From contig CAXUKA010000001.1 in assembly GCA_964251335.1 (NCBI GenBank), positions 20,034 to 84,033 of the forward strand: a stretch of DNA of 64,000 nt. Reading direction: 5' to 3'. The first letter of the stretch is position 1. Each line of letters opens with the position of its first letter. Source of the stretch: an uncultured Hymenobacter sp. (lineage in GTDB: Bacteria > Bacteroidota > Bacteroidia > Cytophagales > Hymenobacteraceae). The position numbers and the translations under genes were made by a program. This document shows, in pieces, positions 26,709 to 34,372 of the stretch. Under the pieces are notes generated by a model, which searched no databases, was not told the DNA's origin, and was given only the letters and a program-made list of their open reading frames with translations.

Positions 26709-27101
26709 ATGGCTCCTACCCCTCCCCTCCCCCCCACCGTGCGCGCGCTAGGTGAGCTGCGCATCTACCTCACCCAGGCCGACAAGCACGCCGCGCCGGG
26801 CCTGCGCGGCCGCCTCTTCCCCGACCCGCTGGCCCACGCGCTGGTCGATAAGGCGCACGCTTTCGGCATCTTACAGGCCACTACCCACACCAGCGGCTAC
26901 GGCTACGTGCTGGGCGGGGCCGTGCGCGCCCGCCACCTCGAAGTGGAAGCGGGCCAGCTGGCCCTGTGCGTGGAACTGCTCGACGAGCGGGCCCGGCTAC
27001 TCGCTTTCTGCCAGCAGCACCAGGAGCTGCTGCGGGGCAAAGTCGTGGTATTTCGCCCTGTTGAGCAGTGGGCTATTGATGGTGCGACTGGCCAGTCGTA
27101 A
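26709..27101 (+). CDS. Second, more divergent DUF190-like protein
   Basis: LRIYLTQADKH...PLAHALVDKAHAFGILQATTHTSGYGY...LALCVELLD runs parallel to the first copy. Confidence 0.6.
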   Translation: MAPTPPLPPTVRALGELRIYLTQADKHAAPGLRGRLFPDPLAHALVDKAHAFGILQATTHTSGYGYVLGGAVRARHLEVEAGQLALCVELLDERARLLAFCQQHQELLRGKVVVFRPVEQWAIDGATGQS

Positions 27102-27117
27102 GGTGCGAGTAGGGTAG

Positions 27118-27216
27118 TATACCCGTTCAGGTATAAATTTAGCTAACCGCGTTATGTTCGTACCCGAACGGGTATAGAAACGCGCATTGCTTGCCTATTG
27201 CCCCCGTTCGGGTATA
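27118..27216. promoter_or_regulatory. Three operator-like repeats (core MCCCGWWCRGGTATA) upstream of the XRE gene
   Basis: Cores at 27121..27135, 27162..27176 and 27202..27216, spaced 41 and 40 nt apart. Sites 1 and 2 are themselves palindromic (TATACC-cgttca-GGTATA and TACCCG-aa-CGGGTA). Site 3 abuts the ATG at 27219. Confidence 0.6.
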
Positions 27217-27218
27217 AA

Positions 27219-27448
27219 ATGATGCTCACCCCCTGGCTACGTTCGTCAAGCAGCACCGCAAGCTGCTGCACCTCTCGCAACCCGATTTGGCGGCTAAGGC
27301 CGGCGTGGGGCTGCGCTTCGTGCGCGAGCTGGAGCAGGGCAAACCCACCTTGCAGCTTGACAAAGTGAATGTGGTGCTGCACCTGTTTGGCCACGAGCTG
27401 GCTCCCACGCCCATCGACCGCAGTTTTTTATCGGAAGAATTAAAGTAA
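27219..27448 (+). pseudogene. XRE/HipB (Y4mF-like) HTH antitoxin gene, apparently frameshifted in a C5 run
   Basis: The frame starting at 27233 encodes LATFVKQHRKLLHLSQPDLAAKAGVGLRFVRELEQGKPTLQLDKVNVVLHLFGHELAP with no start codon. ATGATG at 27219 is in another frame. One extra C in ccccc (27229..27233) would join them. Confidence 0.6.
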
Positions 27449-27622
27449 GGCTACCACGAACTGCTGCATAAGCGGTTTGAGCAATTAGAGGTAGAGTAGC
27501 GGCAGTCCATCCGAAGAAAACTACTCAGTACCTTGTGGTCGTCACGCAAAGGCCGCTACCTAGCGCATCTTAGCTGCTACAATCGAGCGGAATCATGACG
27601 CGCGCAATGAAAGTTTGAGTTT

Positions 27623-28375
27623 ATGCTGACTAAAAGTGACTTAGCAGCTATTCGACAGCAGCTAGTAGTAGTAACCTGCTCTTCGGATGAGGATTTTATA
27701 GGGGCTGCCAATCATATTCTGCCAGGTTTTCAATTCGTGAAGCTCGCTTCTCAGTTACGAGAAGCTGCCGAGTTCTTTGGGTTTGCGTGGGAGCAGGCTG
27801 ACTGGTATCTCTACAATGGCAGTGGCAACGGTTCCATACTCTACCTGTATTACCAAGCCTCCACTATGTGGGGCTCTATCAGCCTGGCCCGCGACATATG
27901 TTACCGGTCAGAGGGCCTCGTGGCTGACCATGCGTATTTAAATCTTCCGGTTGAGCTTCAGGGAAATGGCTTGTCGAAATACCTAAATTCCGTATGTTAT
28001 GAGCAGTACAGGCAAGCCGGAGTTGTAAAAATCGAGGTATATGCGACCTTGGACGCGGGTGGCTACGTTTGGGCCAGAGCAGGCTTTGCCGCTACCAAAC
28101 GGCCTGAGGTCGAAGCTATAGTAGCGCTCGCCTACGAAAAAACTACTCAAAATCAAACCACTCGGCTTACTCATGCGTTATGCGATGTACTGCAAAAGGA
28201 AGTTAGCTTGCACTACGGCCTGCAACCAGACAAGCCCTTTCCGATATGGCGCTGGGCAACGCTCGGTTTTGGCGAAGAGCTTTTACTTAAAACGAGTTGG
28301 CACGGCGAACTGGACTTGACCGATGAAGTGCAAGTGCGTATATTTAAGAAATATTTGGGCTCCGAGCAATCATGA
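27623..28375 (+). CDS. Hypothetical 250-aa protein, possibly with a GNAT-like fold
   Basis: AT-richer than its surroundings. LNLPVELQGNGLSKYL (Q/RxxGxG-like) is followed by VKIEVYATLDAGGYVWARAGF. The assignment rests on motif resemblance only. Confidence 0.55.
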   Translation: MLTKSDLAAIRQQLVVVTCSSDEDFIGAANHILPGFQFVKLASQLREAAEFFGFAWEQADWYLYNGSGNGSILYLYYQASTMWGSISLARDICYRSEGLVADHAYLNLPVELQGNGLSKYLNSVCYEQYRQAGVVKIEVYATLDAGGYVWARAGFAATKRPEVEAIVALAYEKTTQNQTTRLTHALCDVLQKEVSLHYGLQPDKPFPIWRWATLGFGEELLLKTSWHGELDLTDEVQVRIFKKYLGSEQS

Positions 28376-28584
28376 AAACCAAGGAATATCTTCACTTGAA
28401 CACGCTGGCTGAATTTCAATTCAGCGACGCTGATGCCACTCAGGTCAAGGCTTGGGCTGCCTTGGACTTTCTTAATTCTGGGATGAGTGTGCAAGACATG
28501 TATGCCCTCTATGGATTTTCTCTGGAAGACCTTAGCTACTACGAAAAAGAATGGGCAGCCATGCGTGGCTTGGTCCTGGCCTAG
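28372..28584 (+). CDS. Hypothetical 70-aa protein, translationally coupled (ATGA) to the preceding gene
   Basis: 4-nt overlap with the upstream stop. A strong terminator follows. Confidence 0.45.
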   Translation: MKTKEYLHLNTLAEFQFSDADATQVKAWAALDFLNSGMSVQDMYALYGFSLEDLSYYEKEWAAMRGLVLA

Positions 28585-28600
28585 ATAAGCCACTTGACTA

Positions 28601-28635
28601 AAAAAGGGTCTGACTTCGAAGTCAGACCCTTTTTT
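28601..28635. terminator. Bidirectional terminator hairpin
   Basis: aaaaagggtctgacttc / gaagtcagacccttttt is a perfect 17-bp palindrome with an A-tract and a T-tract. It lies between convergent genes. Confidence 0.8.
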
Positions 28636-28756
28636 ATTTACTGTAATGAAGCCTAATTTTCGAGCTGCTTCTCCTCAATAGCGCGCATCTGCCTAGCATG
28701 TCAGTATACTTGCAACCTACTGATTACTAGCAGCTGACAACTTATAATTACCTTCC

Positions 28757-31700
28757 CTACCCCCGCTCGGCCAGCTCCCGCGCTGCCCCGCGCCCCCGGT
28801 AAATCAGTCGCATGCCGGTGGGCAGCACGAACAGCAGCATGGGCAGCGCTACCACGAAGCCGCCGATGACGGCCACGGCCAGCGGCTGCTGCATCTGCGC
28901 ACCCAGGCCGATGCCCAGGGCTAGCGGCGAGAGCGCCAGAATGGCCCCGATGGCCGTCATCAGCTTGGGCCGGATGCGCAGGGCAATGGCGTAGCGGATG
29001 GCCGTGTCCACGTCGCCCGTCTCGCGCAGCGACTCGTAGAACTGGTGCACCGTGAAAATGGCGTTTTCGGCGATGATGCCCACAATCATGATGATGCCGG
29101 TGTAGCTGCTCACGTTCAGCGGGATGCCGGCGAAGAACAGGCCCAGCACGCAGCCGGTGATGCCCATCACGGAGATGAAAAGGACCAGGGCCGAAATCAG
29201 CCACTCGCGGAACAGGAACAGTAGCACCGCGAACACCAACAGGCTGGCCGTGAGCAGAATCAGCAGCAGCTCGCGAAACGAGGCCTGCTGCTCGGCGTAG
29301 GCCCCGCCGTAGGCGATGGTATAGCCAGGCGGCAGCGCCACCTGCCGGCCCACCTGCTGGCGGATGTCCTGAATGGCCGAGCCCAGGTCGCGCCCGTCGA
29401 GGCGGGCCGTGATGAGGGCCACCGACTTGAGGTCTTCGCGGCGCAGCTCGACTTCGCCGGGCACCACGTCGAGGGCGGCGAAAAAGGGCAGTGGGCGCAC
29501 GCTGCCAGTGGGCAGGGCGATAACCTGCTTTTGCAATTGAGCCAGGCTGTTGTGGCTGAAATCGACGTAGCGCAGCAGCACCTGGCGCATCTGCTCGCCG
29601 TCCTGCACCTGCCCCACTTGGATGCCGCCCAGCGAGCCCGCCTGGGCCGGCGAAATGCTGGCCTGGGTGGTACCGTTGCTCAGCACCTGCCCGCCCACCA
29701 GGTTGCTGAGCTGGGCCTGAAAATCGAGGGGCGTGAGGCCGTAGCGGGCCAGCTTGGCCACGTCGGGCCGGAAGACGATGCTGGGGCCGGCCGCCACCAG
29801 GCCGTCGTTGATGTCGGCCACGCCGGGCACCTTCGCCAGCACCTGGCCGAGGTGGGCCGAGAGCTTTTCGAGCGTGGCCTGGTCGTCGCCAAAAAGCTTG
29901 ATTTCGATGGGCTTGGAGCTGCTCATGAGGTCGCCGAGCAAGTCGGCGATGCGCTGGCCAAAGTCCACGGTGAGGGCGGGCTCGGTGGCTTCGATGCGCT
30001 GGCGCAGCTGGGCAATGACCTCGGGCGTGGTCAGTTTGTGGTCGCGCCGAAGCTGGATGAGATAGTCGCCGTAGTTGGGCTGGCGGGTGTCGAAGGCCAG
30101 GCCGATGCCGGTGCGGCGCGAGTAGCTTTCGACTTCGGGGTGCCGGGTGATGATGTCCTTTTCGATGCGGCGCAGCACGCGGTCGGTTTCGGCCTGGTCG
30201 GTGCCCGAGGGCATGTGGTAGTCGAGCACGATGGTACCCTCGTCGAGGTCGGGCAGGAAACCCGTTTCGAGCTTGCCCGAGGCTAGCCACGCCCCCACGC
30301 CCAGCCCCACCAGTAGCACCAGCGCCAGCAGCGGCCGGGCAAAGAGGCCCGTGAGCCAGCTCAACTTGTCGGCCTGCTCCTGAGCGGCGTTGTGGGCGTG
30401 GGCGTTTTTGCCGGCGCGGTAGCCGATGAGCAGGTGCAGCACTGGCAGCAGCAGCCAGGTCACCAGAAACGAGCAGACCATGGTAATCTGCATGGTGTCC
30501 GATAATTCCTTGAAGAAGCTGCCCGCCAGTCCGCTCATCAGCCGGAAGGGAAAGTGGATGACGATGGTGCTCAGCGAAGAGGCCACCATGGCCGGAAACA
30601 GGCTGCGAATGGCCACCTGCACCACCCGCACGTTGCTGTGCGCGGGGTGCTCCTCGTGGGTGCGATAAATCTGCTCGATGATGACGATTGCATCGTCAAT
30701 TATCAAGCCTACGGAAGCCGCGATGGCGCCCAATGACATGATGTCCAGCGTGATGCCAAATAGGTAGAGCACCAGCAGTGTGAAGCAGACCGTAACCGGG
30801 ATGGTGAGCAGCACCGCCAGGCTGGCCCGCCACGAGCGCAGAAACACTATCATCACCAGGATGGCTAGGCCCAGCCCTTCCACGATGCTATGCAGCACGC
30901 TGTCAATGCTGTCCGTCACGAACACCGACTGGTCGTAGTAGGGCTTGAGCGTCATGCCGGGGGGTAGGAGGCGGCGCAGCTCGGCGGCCTTGGCGTGGGC
31001 GTCGCGGGCGAAGGTGGCCAGGTCCACGCCCTGCTGTTTCACGAGGTCGATGAGCACCGCGTCGTGGCCGTTGGCGTTGATGAGCACGAACTCCTGTTGC
31101 TCCTGAATGTCGACGGTGGCCACATCGCGCACCCGCACTACGCGGCCCGAGTCGGCGCGCACCACCACCTGGCGCAGGTCGTCGGCGGTGCCCAGGCGGG
31201 TATCGGTGAGGGTGAGGTAGAGCCGCCGGAAGCTAGCCAGGTTGCCGGCCGAGAGTACAAAGTTGGTACCCGCGAAAGCGGCTTGCAGCTGGGTGGCCGT
31301 GAGGCGCTGGCCCGCCAGCTTGGCCGCGTCGGGAATGACTACGAATTCCTTGGCTTTGCCGCCGCGCACTACCACGTTGGCCGCGCCCGGTACCTGCGAA
31401 AACAGCGGCCGGGCCAGCAGGTTGCCCGCGTCGCGCAGGGCGATGGGCGAGCGCGAATTGCTTTCCAGCGAGTAGCCCAGCACCGGAAACAGCGACTGGT
31501 TCATGGCCTCGGTAGCGATGGTGACGCCGGCCGGCAGCAGCCCTTTTATCTCGTTCACGCGGCTTTCGAGTTGGGCCTTGGTGCTGTACACATCCACGTC
31601 CCAGTTGAGGAACACCTGAATCACACACGAGCCGCGGCTGGTGCTGCTCTTCACCACGGTTACGCCCTTCACGCGCTTCACGGCGGCCTCCAGGGGCTTG

Positions 31701-31945
31701 GTCACGGTTAGCATCATCCGGTCGATGGGCTGCTGCCCGGCGTCGGCGATGAGCGTTATTTTGGGGAAGGTAACTTCCGGAAATAACGCCGTTTGCATCC
31801 GCGAATAGGCAAACAGCCCTGCGGCCAGCAGCAGCAAGCCAATGAGCAGAACCGGCTTGCGGTAGGTCTGGAAATAAGACGTTTCGGCCGGGGCGGCGGG
31901 CGGCGGCGCGGGCGCGGCGGCCGGGGTAGTGGTAGGCGCGCTCAT
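28757..31945 (-). CDS. RND efflux transporter permease (system 1)
   Basis: 1062 aa with 12-TM, two-large-loop architecture. N-terminal FPEVTFPKITLIADAGQQP segment. Confidence 0.9.
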   Translation of the reverse strand: MSAPTTTPAAAPAPPPAAPAETSYFQTYRKPVLLIGLLLLAAGLFAYSRMQTALFPEVTFPKITLIADAGQQPIDRMMLTVTKPLEAAVKRVKGVTVVKSSTSRGSCVIQVFLNWDVDVYSTKAQLESRVNEIKGLLPAGVTIATEAMNQSLFPVLGYSLESNSRSPIALRDAGNLLARPLFSQVPGAANVVVRGGKAKEFVVIPDAAKLAGQRLTATQLQAAFAGTNFVLSAGNLASFRRLYLTLTDTRLGTADDLRQVVVRADSGRVVRVRDVATVDIQEQQEFVLINANGHDAVLIDLVKQQGVDLATFARDAHAKAAELRRLLPPGMTLKPYYDQSVFVTDSIDSVLHSIVEGLGLAILVMIVFLRSWRASLAVLLTIPVTVCFTLLVLYLFGITLDIMSLGAIAASVGLIIDDAIVIIEQIYRTHEEHPAHSNVRVVQVAIRSLFPAMVASSLSTIVIHFPFRLMSGLAGSFFKELSDTMQITMVCSFLVTWLLLPVLHLLIGYRAGKNAHAHNAAQEQADKLSWLTGLFARPLLALVLLVGLGVGAWLASGKLETGFLPDLDEGTIVLDYHMPSGTDQAETDRVLRRIEKDIITRHPEVESYSRRTGIGLAFDTRQPNYGDYLIQLRRDHKLTTPEVIAQLRQRIEATEPALTVDFGQRIADLLGDLMSSSKPIEIKLFGDDQATLEKLSAHLGQVLAKVPGVADINDGLVAAGPSIVFRPDVAKLARYGLTPLDFQAQLSNLVGGQVLSNGTTQASISPAQAGSLGGIQVGQVQDGEQMRQVLLRYVDFSHNSLAQLQKQVIALPTGSVRPLPFFAALDVVPGEVELRREDLKSVALITARLDGRDLGSAIQDIRQQVGRQVALPPGYTIAYGGAYAEQQASFRELLLILLTASLLVFAVLLFLFREWLISALVLFISVMGITGCVLGLFFAGIPLNVSSYTGIIMIVGIIAENAIFTVHQFYESLRETGDVDTAIRYAIALRIRPKLMTAIGAILALSPLALGIGLGAQMQQPLAVAVIGGFVVALPMLLFVLPTGMRLIYRGRGAARELAERG

Positions 31946-32871
31946 CGGGTCAGCTTGACGTGGGCGGTGTCGGCTAGCCCGTAGTTACCCGCGCTCAGGA
32001 TGCGGTCGGTCGGCCCGAAGGTGGGCGTTTTTATCTCGATTTCGGCGGGGTTTTGCACGCCCAGCGTCACGGGGACTTTGACGGCCGTCGAGTCATTGAC
32101 CAGCTTCATTACCCAGAAGTGGTGCAGCGTTTCGTCGGCCAGCACGCAGGCGGCGGGCAGCGTCTGGGCGTTGGGCTGCCTGGTTTGGGTGAGGCGCACT
32201 TGCACGATGAGATTTTCGGGGATGACGCCCGGCGGGTTATTCGGCCGCACCAAATACACCTCCGACTGGCCGGGGCTGACGCTGGCCAGCGGCGCGAGTA
32301 CCGTGCCCGTGAGGCGGGTGCTGTCGGGCAGCACGATGGTGCAGCGCGGGTTGCCCTGCGCCAGGGCGTGGTACTCGTAGGGCAGGTTGAGCTGAAACAC
32401 GAGCTGGCTGCTTTCGGCCACCGTGCACAGCGGGGAGCCTTCGAGCAGGTAATCCCCCGACTGCTGAATATTGAGCACGCTCACAATGCCGCTGGCGGGG
32501 GCCGTAACGGACACCAGCCCGAAGCCCTTGAGCGAGGGGTCGATGCGCTGAATGGAGCCCCCTAGGGCCCGGCGCTCCTTGGTTTCGAGGGTGAAAAGCA
32601 CCTGGCCGGCCCGCACGCGGTCGCCGAGGCGCACCCGCACGCCCGTGACGTAAGCGGCCACCGGGGCCGTGACGGTGCTCTTGCGCGGGTAGGTGGAAGT
32701 GGCCGGAAACGTGCGGTACTGCGTCAGACTTTGGGTGGCCACCGTGACGGCCTGCACCTGGGCGCGGGGCGGCGGGCCGGCGGCCTCGTCGGTGGGCGCG
32801 TTGGCGTGGCAGGCGACAAGCAGGCCAGCCGACAGCCCGCCGAGTAGTCGAAATAAGAATCGAGAAAGCAT
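31942..32871 (-). CDS. RND periplasmic adaptor (MFP) subunit (system 1)
   Basis: Lipoprotein-like leader. YVTGVRVRLGDRVRAGQVLFTLE lipoyl-like hairpin. 4-nt overlap with the permease. Confidence 0.8.
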   Translation of the reverse strand: MLSRFLFRLLGGLSAGLLVACHANAPTDEAAGPPPRAQVQAVTVATQSLTQYRTFPATSTYPRKSTVTAPVAAYVTGVRVRLGDRVRAGQVLFTLETKERRALGGSIQRIDPSLKGFGLVSVTAPASGIVSVLNIQQSGDYLLEGSPLCTVAESSQLVFQLNLPYEYHALAQGNPRCTIVLPDSTRLTGTVLAPLASVSPGQSEVYLVRPNNPPGVIPENLIVQVRLTQTRQPNAQTLPAACVLADETLHHFWVMKLVNDSTAVKVPVTLGVQNPAEIEIKTPTFGPTDRILSAGNYGLADTAHVKLTR

Positions 32872-32927
32872 AGGGAGAAACCAGATACCTGTGAGAAAAT
32901 AGCCGGCCCGGTCCGGGCGCGGCCTGG

Positions 32928-34286
32928 CTACCAGGTCCAGTAGTTGTAAGCGTTGATGAGCAGCAGCCGGTTGTTTTCGAGCAGCACCAGGTCGCGGGTG
33001 GCCACGGCGTAGTTTTTGAGCACCTGCACGTAGCTCACCACCGAGAGCTGTCCGGCAATGACCTCGCGCTTGTAGGAGTCGAGCACCTGGCGGTAGCTGG
33101 CGATTTGCTGGCGGGCCAGGCGCTGGCGCTCGTCCAGCTGGCGCAGCTCGTAGAGCAGGCGCTGCTGGCGCACGGGGTTCACGGTGGCGAAGTTCTGGCG
33201 GTAGGCGCGGGTGGTTTCGAGCAGCACGCTGGTGCGGTCGCGGCTGAGCTGGCGCTGGTGGCCGTCGAAGAGGTAAAGGCTGAAATTCAGTCCCGCGCTC
33301 ACCCCGAAGCGCTGCGGCAGGTCGGCCAGGGTCACGGCATTGAGGCCACCGTTGGCAAAGGCGTTGACGACGGGCCGGTAGCGCAGCTCAAACACGCGCT
33401 GGTTGGCGGCCAGCGTGAGGCTATCGAGCCGGTAGCGCTCGGTAAAGCCCGAGAGGCCGGGTGCCGGGCTGCCCGCGCGCAGGGGCAGATTGGGTGGGGC
33501 CAGCTGCACCTCCGTGGTGTCGCCCAGGCCGCAGAGCACGTTCAAATCGAGCAAATCGCGGTGGTAGGCCGTGCGGTAGGTGTTGAGAAACAGCTGCTGG
33601 GTTTCGACCTCAATGCTGAGCAGGGCGTAGTCGGACTGCTTCAATAGACTAGCCTCCACGAGCTTGCGCACCAGCAGGCGCTGGCGGTCGAGGATGCCGA
33701 GCAGCTCGCGCACGTAGCTGAGCTGGTCCAGGTCCTGCCGGCAGAGGATGTACTGGTCACCCACCAGCTTCTCCAAATCGTGCAGTGAGAGCCGCGCCAG
33801 GTTTTGCTGGCTGAGGGCCAGGCCCTGGGCCTGCTGGGCGTAGGCCGCGAAGCGCTGCTGGTTGAAGAGCGGCTGCGTGAGCTGGGCGTAGCCCTGGTAG
33901 AGCGCGCCGTTGCTCAGGGCCACGTCGTAGCCCACGTAGTTGGTGCTGTTGTCGGCCGAGTAGCTGAGGCGGGTTTGCCCGTTGTCGCGCGTCAGCACGG
34001 GCACGGCGGTGTAGTTGGCCACCAGCGTGCCCGTGGCCTTGGTGTAGAAGGCGCGCAGGCGCTCGGTTTCGAGCTGCGCGGCCTGGCCCTGGTTGCGCAC
34101 GTCGTGGCTCAGGGGGCTATTCTGGCTAGCCTGGGTGAGGTAAAAATTCAGGTCGCGGGTCGGCGCGGGCGGGGTAGGCAGCGCGGGCTGCGCCCAGCCC
34201 GCCGGACCGGCTAGCAGCAGCGCCAGCAGTAGCAACGGTCGGCACGACGCTCTGAAATAGCTGATTTTCAAGAATAACATCCGCAT
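32928..34286 (-). CDS. TolC-family outer membrane efflux protein (system 1)
   Basis: Signal peptide and two long coiled-coil repeat halves, directly upstream of the MFP and RND genes. Confidence 0.85.
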   Translation of the reverse strand: MRMLFLKISYFRASCRPLLLLALLLAGPAGWAQPALPTPPAPTRDLNFYLTQASQNSPLSHDVRNQGQAAQLETERLRAFYTKATGTLVANYTAVPVLTRDNGQTRLSYSADNSTNYVGYDVALSNGALYQGYAQLTQPLFNQQRFAAYAQQAQGLALSQQNLARLSLHDLEKLVGDQYILCRQDLDQLSYVRELLGILDRQRLLVRKLVEASLLKQSDYALLSIEVETQQLFLNTYRTAYHRDLLDLNVLCGLGDTTEVQLAPPNLPLRAGSPAPGLSGFTERYRLDSLTLAANQRVFELRYRPVVNAFANGGLNAVTLADLPQRFGVSAGLNFSLYLFDGHQRQLSRDRTSVLLETTRAYRQNFATVNPVRQQRLLYELRQLDERQRLARQQIASYRQVLDSYKREVIAGQLSVVSYVQVLKNYAVATRDLVLLENNRLLLINAYNYWTW

Positions 34287-34372
34287 AGCAAAACCGGATT
34301 GACCGGTTAGGCCGGCAAGCTATCGGGCAATTCTGAGCAGCTTCGGAGCGGGGGCGCCGGAGTACGTGGTCA

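Noticed and set aside
28701-30290. Long alternative-frame ORFs (for example 28701..30290 with 529 aa, 18046..19089 with 347 aa, 19326..20630 with 434 aa, 9624..11018 with 464 aa and 38..39 kb plus-strand ORFs)
   Set aside because: Their translations are Arg/Pro/Gly/Ala/His-rich low-complexity strings. Each lies over (antisense to, or in an alternative frame of) a gene with clear family motifs. They are typical shadow ORFs of GC-rich DNA.
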